DNA of 64,000 nt, from IMG/VR virus record IMGVR_UViG_3300045970_000591, positions 1 through 64,000 of that record. The stretch is one strand, 5' to 3'. Every line of letters starts with the position of its first letter. Position 1 is the first letter of the stretch. The DNA is from a virus. Below, in pieces: positions 1 through 6,483 of this stretch. The translations under genes and the position numbers were made by a program. Under the pieces are notes generated by a model. The model worked only from the letters and a program-made list of their open reading frames with translations, ran no database searches and was not told where the DNA came from.

Positions 1-181
1 TGTTAGGGCTTAAACTTAAATAGCGAGATTAATCTTTGTGCCTAAACCCTAGAGATAAAACCTGCAACCAGATTTGGTTTTGCGCGTGACATTTGTGCGT
101 GCATTATACACACAAGTTATGCGCGTGTATGTGTGTATACAGATATATGTATATACCTGTACAGCTTTGACACCTAGACAT

Positions 182-234
182 AGAGTTCGTGCTAGTTTAG
201 ATCTAATGCCTGCAGGCCTACAAGCACGAACTCT
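182..234. repeat. Perfect 12-bp inverted repeat AGAGTTCGTGCT / AGCACGAACTCT enclosing palindromes TTAGATCTAA and GCCTGCAGGC
   Basis: Seen directly: arms at 182-193 and 223-234. Confidence 0.85.
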
Positions 235-753
235 CTGAGACTTTGTCGATCTTTTGTCTGTCTTTTGCGTATTCTCGTAGACGACATCTGTTTATGTCTG
301 TTAGTTGTAGAACCTTAGCGAGAGTGTTCTGGACGTACGGCCGTAGGTAAGGCTGCAACTGCATTTATTGTTAGATTTTACAGGAAACCACAGACTTTGT
401 CAACAACTTTTGTCAAACAAATGTAAGATCGCGTTCTTAGCTTTGTGCCTAAGTTTAAGGTATCTCTACAGTAGCGAGATACTGTGCTTGATCAGACAAA
501 GATCGTATTAGTTCGTGCAGGTGGTTCTGAAGAACGATAGATCTACATTAGCAAGAACAGTCTAAAGCATAGGGAAAAAGTTAAACATTAATAGCTTATG
601 TATGTGTTTTGCTTAGTCAAAACGCATAGTAAGTGCTTACTTACATACGCCTTTGAGCGCGTTCGCGTTTGGTCGACATGGGCGTGCGCCTAAACGAGCG
701 AGACCATTTTACATAAGCTCTCGCTTGGTCATTTTAGGACAAAGACTAGGGCA

Positions 754-817
754 AGCGTGAACTTAAAGTGCAACAAAGTGTAACACTGCACTAAATACAC
801 AAAAAATAGTTTATAAT
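754..817 (+). promoter_or_regulatory. 64-bp promoter cassette, copy 1 (TGCAACA/TGTAACA boxes, TATAAT -10)
   Basis: Identical to 4223-4286 and near-identical to 3200-3263; ends in TATAAT upstream of ORF 849. Confidence 0.8.
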
Positions 818-848
818 GTTTACTTAGCAACAAACAAAGTAGCAAAAA

Positions 849-1130
849 ATGCAAAAAGCAAACACACTGTTTTACAAAGTGCAAATGCAAAAAAACAACA
901 GCGCGTTGTTTATTGTGTTTAGCTTTGCGGAGCCCGTGCAGCAGCGCACAGCGCACAGCGTTGTAACGCACGCGAAAACGCTTACAAGCGCAAAGTTAGC
1001 GCAGCTTGTTGCCGTGCAAGCAAAGTTTGACAACGCAGCTGACACGCTCGATGTTAGCAGCACTGCAATGTGCAAGTTGTTGCAAAAAAACGACACTTAC
1101 GCAGCAGCACAGCAAGTCGCGTACTACTAA
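849..1130 (+). CDS. Hypothetical early protein, strongly depleted in GA/GG/TC/CC (93 aa, no G or W)
   Basis: ORF directly downstream of the promoter cassette; only a handful of TC/CC/GA/GG dinucleotides. Confidence 0.65.
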   Translation: MQKANTLFYKVQMQKNNSALFIVFSFAEPVQQRTAHSVVTHAKTLTSAKLAQLVAVQAKFDNAADTLDVSSTAMCKLLQKNDTYAAAQQVAYY

Positions 1131-1168
1131 CGCGCAGCAGTTGCAGCAGCAAGCAAGATGCTGCACTG

Positions 1169-1217
1169 TGTAACAAATGTAACAGTGCTTGCAAAAGCAC
1201 TGTTTCTGCGTTATAAT
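1169..1217 (+). promoter_or_regulatory. Sigma70-like promoter TTGCAA-17-TATAAT with two upstream TGTAACA boxes
   Basis: Boxes 1169-1175 and 1178-1184, -35 at 1189-1194, -10 at 1212-1217; ATG follows 5 nt later (leaderless). Confidence 0.75.
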
Positions 1218-1222
1218 ACACT

Positions 1223-1420
1223 ATGGTTACAAAAACATTCTCCTCCTTTACTGCATACATGCAGGCACTCTCGAAGTTAAAGGCTGCTGGATACATCCAC
1301 GTAAACGAGAGCTGGGAGGACAACCGGAAAACTGGCGGAAGTATGTTTGTTGCAACAACTCACGCAGGTTGTCTATTTATTGATGTGTGTATGCCCGAAA
1401 GTGCGCTTTCTGCGTTATAA
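1223..1420 (+). CDS. Hypothetical early protein (65 aa)
   Basis: ORF starts right after the promoter. Confidence 0.6.
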   Translation: MVTKTFSSFTAYMQALSKLKAAGYIHVNESWEDNRKTGGSMFVATTHAGCLFIDVCMPESALSAL

Positions 1421-1426
1421 TACATT

Positions 1427-1603
1427 ATGAACAAAGCACAAAAGATTGAGCGGCTTAAAGACATTTACAGGAAACTGTATGCTAACGAGCCCGCGGACAC
1501 ATACGACCTCGATGCTGCGGAAGAGTATTGGGCGAGTTTGAGCGAGGCACTGCTTGACATTGAGTTGGGTTTTGCAACACTTTATGACGCACTGGAAGGA
1601 TAA
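1427..1603 (+). CDS. Small acidic hypothetical protein (58 aa, MNKAQKIERL...YDALEG); not in the ORF track
   Basis: Translated by hand; TATAAT lies 5 nt upstream of the ATG (leaderless). Confidence 0.65.
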   Translation: MNKAQKIERLKDIYRKLYANEPADTYDLDAAEEYWASLSEALLDIELGFATLYDALEG

Positions 1604-1607
1604 GCAA

Positions 1608-1763
1608 ATGAGTAAACAACAACGCAACGCTAAGGTAAAGGAAGCACTCGCCTTGCTGGATAAGGCTGAGACATTGTACTGGGAGTTGCACGGCGATGCA
1701 GACGACGATGTACACAGCGAGTTTGAAGTTGTGCGTGAAGCATTGGAGGCAGAAGCAAAATGA
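1608..1763 (+). CDS. Small acidic helical hypothetical protein (51 aa, MSKQQRNAKV...)
   Basis: Start at ATG 1608 after the previous stop is more plausible than the track start 1554; ATGA overlap with the next gene. Confidence 0.65.
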   Translation: MSKQQRNAKVKEALALLDKAETLYWELHGDADDDVHSEFEVVREALEAEAK

Positions 1764-1957
1764 AAGAAAAACTCAAAACCTTGGAGAACCTGACCAGACT
1801 CCTCTATCAGGAACTCAAGATTGCAACATACGACACCACGCTCTGTGACAATGCCCACGCGCTCCTCAAAGAGGCATCAGTGGATGCAATCAACCTCCAG
1901 CGCAAGATTGAATCGGCGCGTTCCTGGCAAACCATAAAAGATGTAACAAAGGATTGA
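1760..1957 (+). CDS. Hypothetical protein (65 aa)
   Basis: ATGA-coupled ORF with amphipathic helical pattern. Confidence 0.65.
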   Translation: MKEKLKTLENLTRLLYQELKIATYDTTLCDNAHALLKEASVDAINLQRKIESARSWQTIKDVTKD

Positions 1958-1982
1958 CAACCCTGTTCCTTTGTTGTATAAT
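1942..1982 (+). promoter_or_regulatory. Consensus sigma70 promoter TTGACA-17-TATAAT with upstream TGTAACA box
   Basis: Box 1942-1948, -35 at 1954-1959, -10 at 1977-1982. Confidence 0.85.
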
Positions 1983-2008
1983 AAAGACTTAGCAACAAAG
2001 GAAACAAA

Positions 2009-2218
2009 ATGGAATACTTCATCTTTATTGTGTGTTTGGCGTTAATCGCTGCACCTGTCCTGTGTGTCTGGTTGTTCTACCGTCCGCTTACCCAGAAGCC
2101 TTCCGCAACCATTCAGCGTGCGGCAAAGAACATTATCAACCTTGCCAGCCAACTGGGCATGCCGGCAGCAGTTGACGCGAAGTGGAACCTGGTAGCTAAG
2201 GAGTTAGACGCAACTTAG
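2009..2218 (+). CDS. Small membrane-anchored protein (69 aa)
   Basis: AAGGA SD-like site; N-terminal hydrophobic stretch YFIFIVCLALIAAPVLCVWLFY. Confidence 0.7.
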   Translation: MEYFIFIVCLALIAAPVLCVWLFYRPLTQKPSATIQRAAKNIINLASQLGMPAAVDAKWNLVAKELDAT

Positions 2219-2226
2219 TCCTGGCA

Positions 2227-2260
2227 CACGCAGAGGCATTTAACCTATATGCCCTGCGTG
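2227..2260 (+). terminator. GC-rich hairpin after ORF 2009 (CACGCAG-AGGCAT / ATGCC-CTGCGTG)
   Basis: Inverted repeat is visible but there is no U-tract, so terminator function is uncertain. Confidence 0.35.
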
Positions 2261-2491
2261 ACAATCCTAATTAGGAAAACCAACCTAACCTGCACGCCTA
2301 AACTGCACAGAAAATTCTCCCAGATGGTTTTGGTTTTTTAGGTAGGAAATGTGCCTAAGCAGCAAGATTGAAAAGTTGCCTATAGGCCTATAGACGAGCA
2401 GGCGCTAAGGTAAGCGGCCTAGGGCTTGTTCGCGCTAATAATACCTAACCTAACGCACGCAGCTGGCACGACACGCATAAGCACAGGAATG

Positions 2492-2540
2492 TGTAACAGT
2501 GTGTAACAGTGCAGCTAACACAAAATATTTGCTGTATAAT
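2492..2540 (+). promoter_or_regulatory. Promoter with two TGTAACA boxes and TATAAT, no consensus -35
   Basis: Boxes 2492-2498 and 2502-2508; -10 at 2535-2540. Confidence 0.65.
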
Positions 2541-2570
2541 AAACACTTAGCAACAAAAAGGGTTAGCGAA

Positions 2571-2852
2571 ATGTTTGATGCAGCACATAAAGCAAACAAC
2601 GGTGTAATGGTGCAATACGTTGATATGGGCACGGAGTACACACATAACGGGCATACGATGCTGTTTGTTGGCGAACAGCAGAGCGGTGAAGTTGTTGTGG
2701 ACGGCGTGTACTACGCGGAGTATATGTACAACGACGAAAGCGATACAAACAGCTTGTACAACGACGAGCGTGGCGACGAAGCGTTTGCGACGATTGGTAA
2801 CACAGATGAAGCGTATGAAGCGTATGCGTTACAAGTGTTACAAGCACTGTAG
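2571..2852 (+). CDS. Highly acidic early protein (93 aa; 17 D/E versus 2 K/R); sense strand has no TC or CC
   Basis: ATG 2571 lies downstream of the promoter (track start 2499 lies within the promoter); residues counted by hand. Confidence 0.7.
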   Translation: MFDAAHKANNGVMVQYVDMGTEYTHNGHTMLFVGEQQSGEVVVDGVYYAEYMYNDESDTNSLYNDERGDEAFATIGNTDEAYEAYALQVLQAL

Positions 2853-2860
2853 CGTTTAGG

Positions 2861-2920
2861 CAACAGTTACAAACTGTTACACAAGTTACGTCTTGTTACA
2901 AGTTTTACAACTTGTTACAA
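2861..2920. repeat. Cluster of about six GTTAC(A)-type motifs
   Basis: caacagttac aaactgttac acaagttacg tcttgttaca agttttacaa cttgttacaa. Confidence 0.75.
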
Positions 2921-3076
2921 TTCGTGCGCGTGCAGCAGCTTCTTTAAAGTTCTGCAGCGCGAACGTCTTGCAGCTACTTTTATGGTTAAGCACGTCTGTG
3001 TAGCGCGGGTCGTCGTGCTACTTGCTTGCTTGTTGTTATGTATTAAGCGCGACAAGCTGTGTGTTTTATTTGTTTG

Positions 3077-3091
3077 CATAGTTGTATTATA
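3077..3091 (-). promoter_or_regulatory. Minus-strand TATAAT-acaact-ATG element facing gene 2571
   Basis: Same TATAATACAACTATG string as the + strand start of gene 4293. Confidence 0.55.
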
Positions 3092-3199
3092 TACCCAACA
3101 TCCTCTAGTCGCGCTGTTTGGGTTAGGATTTTTTATGCCTGCAGCGCGAAGCAATAAAAACAGCTCGCGCAACTTTTAACACAAAAGCTATTTAAAAAC

Positions 3200-3263
3200 A
3201 GCGTGAACTTAAAGTGTAACAATATGTAATACAGCACAAAATACACAAAAAATAGTTTATAAT
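3200..3263 (+). promoter_or_regulatory. 64-bp promoter cassette, copy 2 (diverged)
   Basis: Same length and ends as copies 1 and 3, with a few substitutions. Confidence 0.75.
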
Positions 3264-3315
3264 ACAAGCTACAGGCAAAAGCAATAACGCACAAGCTGTT
3301 AAAATGTAAAGCAAT

Positions 3316-3927
3316 ATGCACACATTAACATTAGCACAAGCGCAAAACGCAATAGCGTTGCACGCAAACAACACTGTTGTAACTGCACAACAAATACAAA
3401 ATATGCTGCAAAACGTAAGCGTTACGTTTGCACAAATTACTTACGTTACGCAAGTAGCGTTAGCAGCGCAGCACAAAGCGCAAAACATACAAAAAGTAAC
3501 AACTGCAAACGTAATACTGTGCAGCAACATTAAAGCACACACAAGCGTTTACGCAAACAAAGTAAAGCGTAGCGCAGCAGCTATTAGCAGCAACAATGCA
3601 CAAGCTGTAGCAGCGTTTACAGCGCAGCAAAACTACTTTACGCACACAGCAACGCATTGCATTGTGCAGCATACACAGCACGCAAACAAAATGTATTTGT
3701 ATGCTATTTACAACAACGCACAAAGCGTGTATATGCACAATAACGCTGTTGTAAGCAAACAACACGTTGCAGCATACTGCACAAAAAGCGCAGCAGCAAC
3801 ATTGTTGCAACAAAGCAACGTTGTTGTAAATAAAACACACAACATAGCGCACACTGTGCAAGTGCGTACTATTGCGTTAAGCAACATAGTAAGCATTAAA
3901 GCGCGTAAGCAGCTACTTACAGTGTAG
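3316..3927 (+). CDS. 203-aa early protein with no D, E, G, P or W
   Basis: Longest ORF of the block; preceded by the promoter cassette and followed by a terminator; the gene has no GA, GG, TC or CC. Confidence 0.8.
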   Translation: MHTLTLAQAQNAIALHANNTVVTAQQIQNMLQNVSVTFAQITYVTQVALAAQHKAQNIQKVTTANVILCSNIKAHTSVYANKVKRSAAAISSNNAQAVAAFTAQQNYFTHTATHCIVQHTQHANKMYLYAIYNNAQSVYMHNNAVVSKQHVAAYCTKSAAATLLQQSNVVVNKTHNIAHTVQVRTIALSNIVSIKARKQLLTV

Positions 3928-3964
3928 CAAATAAACAACTGTTGCAGCAATGCAACAGTGTGCA

Positions 3965-4000
3965 AGCGCAGCTAGTTCACGCTAGTTGCGCTATTTTTTT
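3965..4000 (+). terminator. Rho-independent terminator
   Basis: Stem AGCGCAGCTAG / CTAGTTGCGCT followed by a T7 tract. Confidence 0.85.
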
Positions 4001-4222
4001 AACTAAAACAGCGCGACCAAATATTGCACACAAATATGAGACCTTGTTTTATATTTTTAAATTTTAAAATTAAATAGCGCGGTCAAATTTACTTTTTGTC
4101 GTGCGTTTTTGGGGGCAAAAACCATCCTAAAAATGCACGGTGGTTCGCGCTACAACTTTTGAGGACACATGTTCTTTGCAGCGCGATACCCGTGCGTGCT
4201 GTGTTAGCTTGCGTGCAAAAGT

Positions 4223-4286
4223 AGCGTGAACTTAAAGTGCAACAAAGTGTAACACTGCACTAAATACACAAAAAATAGTTTATAAT
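4223..4286 (+). promoter_or_regulatory. 64-bp promoter cassette, copy 3
   Basis: Identical to 754-817; ATG 6 nt after TATAAT (leaderless). Confidence 0.8.
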
Positions 4287-4292
4287 ACAACT

Positions 4293-4619
4293 ATGCAAAA
4301 CACTACACAGCAAATAACTTATACGCAGCACTGCAAAGTAAAGCACAAAAAGCACTTTAGCATTGCACAACGCAACGCACGCAATGCTATGTATGCTGCA
4401 CTGTATAGCGCAGCACAGCAAGCAGTAGCGCAGCAAGTAGCGCAAGCACTGCAAGCACTGTATTTTAAGCAGCGCGTTAATATTAACTACAACGCAAAAA
4501 GCATTAGCGTGCAACTGCAAAACGCAACAGCAACGCAAGCAGTGCAGTATATTGCACGCACGCACAACGCAAGCATTAAGCAAACACAAAACAACATATT
4601 GTTACACTTGTTTGCATAA
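4293..4619 (+). CDS. 108-aa basic early protein with no D, E, G, P or W
   Basis: Leaderless ORF after the promoter cassette; the gene has no GA, GG, TC or CC. Confidence 0.75.
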   Translation: MQNTTQQITYTQHCKVKHKKHFSIAQRNARNAMYAALYSAAQQAVAQQVAQALQALYFKQRVNINYNAKSISVQLQNATATQAVQYIARTHNASIKQTQNNILLHLFA

Positions 4620-4630
4620 AGCAACAACTA

Positions 4631-4700
4631 CAAGTTGTAACAACTGTTGCAACTTGTTACAACTGTAACAACTTGTAACTGTAACATTTTGTAACAGTTC
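4631..4700. repeat. Cluster of about seven TGTAAC/GTTAC motifs
   Basis: caagttgtaa caactgttgc aacttgttac aactgtaaca acttgtaact gtaacatttt gtaacag. Confidence 0.75.
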
Positions 4701-4733
4701 GTGCGCGTTGTTGTATGCGTGCTACACTTTTGT

Positions 4734-4830
4734 GCGCGAACCCCTTGCAACATACAGCGTTGCGTGCTATAATAGTAGCGCGAACCCCTTGCAGCTTGTT
4801 GCTTGTTTGTTATAATAGTAGCGCGAACAT
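4734..4830 (+). promoter_or_regulatory. Tandem ~43-bp units GCGCGAACCCC-TTGCA(A/G)-16/17-TATAAT (two promoters plus a partial third)
   Basis: TTGCAA 4745-4750 / TATAAT 4768-4773; TTGCAG 4789-4794 / TATAAT 4811-4816. Confidence 0.65.
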
Positions 4831-4867
4831 CTTGTTGCTTACAGCAGCAGCGTATTGTATTTGTGTG

Positions 4868-4882
4868 CATAGTTGTATTATA
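4868..4882 (-). promoter_or_regulatory. Minus-strand TATAAT-acaact-ATG element facing gene 4293
   Basis: Same string as the element at 3077-3091. Confidence 0.55.
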
Positions 4883-4995
4883 CACTATATTTGTCTCTGC
4901 CGCGCAGCTTAGGGCTGAGAAATCATGTTCTTTGTAGCAAGGGGTTCGCGTAGGATGGTTATAAAATCCTAACCTAAACAGCGCGAACGCTCATT

Positions 4996-5044
4996 TGTAA
5001 CAGTTGTAACAGTGCTTGCACTTTAACAAAACTTGTGCTATAAT
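4996..5044 (+). promoter_or_regulatory. Promoter TTGCAC-17-TATAAT with two TGTAACA boxes and no ORF immediately downstream
   Basis: Boxes 4996-5002 and 5005-5011, -35 at 5016-5021, -10 at 5039-5044. Confidence 0.7.
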
Positions 5045-5108
5045 ACAAGTCAGCACTATAAATAGCGAGGCGAACAGTTTTACGAGAGCGCGGGTAAGCA
5101 CGCCCTAG

Positions 5109-5199
5109 ATTTTTCTCCTATCTCTATAGGTCCCACCCTAAGCTGAAATTTTTCTCCTATCTCTATAGGTCCCACCCTATCTCTATAGGTCCCACCCTA
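5109..5199. repeat. Pyrimidine-rich direct repeats (ATTTTTCTCCTATCTCTATAGGTCCCACCCTA x2 plus a partial third)
   Basis: Seen directly; each unit contains the CCTAT-CTCT-ATAGG hairpin. Confidence 0.9.
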
Positions 5200-5213
5200 A
5201 CTCTATGCGTCCG

Positions 5214-5242
5214 TTGACTTCTAACGTAAGACCATATATACT
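5214..5242 (+). promoter_or_regulatory. Sigma70-like promoter TTGACT-17-TATACT driving array block 1
   Basis: ATG 5249 lies 6 nt after the -10 (leaderless). Confidence 0.8.
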
Positions 5243-5248
5243 AACAGT

Positions 5249-5485
5249 ATGTCTACCGATTCTTATTCATATCCACATTCCAGTCATTTCTATCAGACGC
5301 TAGTCAGGCGTTATAAAAATGTCACGAATGATATGATGACTGAATCCCGCAATATGAAGATATGGTTGATTGCTAATGTGGTAGATCATGAATATGGTTG
5401 TTATTCAAACGGATTACTTATGGAAGTAGTTTGTTTCAAGAACCCAAAAGACTTGGTAGCCTTCAAGTTAAAGTTTGGAGTATAG
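5249..5485 (+). CDS. FKLKFG-family paralogue 1
   Basis: Ends DLVAFKLKFGV. Confidence 0.8.
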   Translation: MSTDSYSYPHSSHFYQTLVRRYKNVTNDMMTESRNMKIWLIANVVDHEYGCYSNGLLMEVVCFKNPKDLVAFKLKFGV

Positions 5486-5486
5486 T

Positions 5487-5672
5487 ATGGATTGGCCTAT
5501 TACTGTTTACATACCATATGACAACAAAACACTCAGTGTATTAGCATGGATGCACGCATATGTTGGTCAGGTAGGTGTTGATTGGGATTACATGCATATT
5601 GATAACATAAACTATATATGCTTTTCCAATGAGTTGGATCGTATGACTTGTAAGTTAAAGTTTGGAGTATAG
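5487..5672 (+). CDS. FKLKFG-family paralogue 2
   Basis: ATG 5487 (track start is a TTG); ends TCKLKFGV. Confidence 0.8.
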   Translation: MDWPITVYIPYDNKTLSVLAWMHAYVGQVGVDWDYMHIDNINYICFSNELDRMTCKLKFGV

Positions 5673-5673
5673 T

Positions 5674-5859
5674 ATGGATTGGCCTATTATAGTTAACATA
5701 TCCTATACACTTAACGCAGCTGATATACTCGACTGGTTGGAAGAGTGTGTAGGTGAAATAGATATTAGTTGGGATTGGCAACATATTAATAATAGAAACT
5801 ATGTATGCTTTGCCAGTGAAGAAGATCTATTAGCTTGTAAGTTAAAGTTTGGTATATAA
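5674..5859 (+). CDS. FKLKFG-family paralogue 3
   Basis: ATG 5674; ends ACKLKFGI. Confidence 0.8.
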   Translation: MDWPIIVNISYTLNAADILDWLEECVGEIDISWDWQHINNRNYVCFASEEDLLACKLKFGI

Positions 5860-6044
5860 TGGAATACTTGTTATTTGTAGATATTAGTATAATGATAGAA
5901 GCATTTCCGTGGTTGTTGGATAATGTGGGACCACTGGATGTAGATTGGCAGTTAGAGGATGCGCCACCGAAGTTCAAGAAGATATTTATATACTTTAATA
6001 AGGGTGAGGATGTGGTAGCATTCAAGTTAAAGTTTGGATTATAA
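5859..6044 (+). CDS. FKLKFG-family paralogue 4
   Basis: Ends DVVAFKLKFGL. Confidence 0.8.
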   Translation: MEYLLFVDISIMIEAFPWLLDNVGPLDVDWQLEDAPPKFKKIFIYFNKGEDVVAFKLKFGL

Positions 6045-6097
6045 ACTTCAAGGTATGGATTTTCAAGACAGTAAGAAATTTTTTACAGGAATTTTTC

Positions 6098-6304
6098 ATG
6101 GTTAGTAACATGGGCACCTTATATGTTAGTATACCCACTGGGCGGGCCGAGGGCTGTTCGTTTTGGGCTAAGGAATATTGTCCTAGTTATATTACTTGTG
6201 ATTTACACATGGATGGATATAATACACATGATTCTACCAGGATTGATTACTTCTTTGGTGACGCGGAAGATGCTGTAGCGTTTAAACTAAAGTTTAGTGT
6301 ATGA
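6098..6304 (+). CDS. FKLKFG-family paralogue 5
   Basis: Ends DAVAFKLKFSV. Confidence 0.8.
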   Translation: MVSNMGTLYVSIPTGRAEGCSFWAKEYCPSYITCDLHMDGYNTHDSTRIDYFFGDAEDAVAFKLKFSV

Positions 6305-6483
6305 TACAAGTAACAATAAAAGAAAGAGTTACCTGGGTTGAACAGATAAGTTGGATTACAACAAACTGTACTGGTGCGAAAGACATGACAAACTGGACGA
6401 TGTGGTCTTTAGGTTTAGATGATATTCTTTATATGATGGAAGAGAATGATGCAGTGTATTTTAGACTAAAGTTTGGTGTATGA
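6301..6483 (+). CDS. FKLKFG-family paralogue 6
   Basis: Ends DAVYFRLKFGV. Confidence 0.8.
   Translation: MIQVTIKERVTWVEQISWITTNCTGAKDMTNWTMWSLGLDDILYMMEENDAVYFRLKFGV

Noticed and set aside
3275-4699. GR/YC-free blocks as a sequencing, bisulfite or deamination artefact
   Set aside because: Both strands are affected, C persists in AC and GC, the ORFs stay intact with promoters and a terminator, and the boundaries follow gene units. A read-level check is still advisable.
2915-4885. Minus-strand ORFs 2915-3172 and 4628-4885 as confident genes
   Set aside because: They do have TATAAT-ATG starts but run through repeat and promoter clusters; kept only as possible antisense transcripts.
729-4912. 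Cys/Leu/Val-rich minus-strand and alternative-frame ORFs (729-971, 872-1096, 3460-3861, 3708-3965, 4260-4589, 4715-4912 and similar)
   Set aside because: Shadows of the skewed composition (TGA cannot occur without GA); they run across promoters and have implausible composition.
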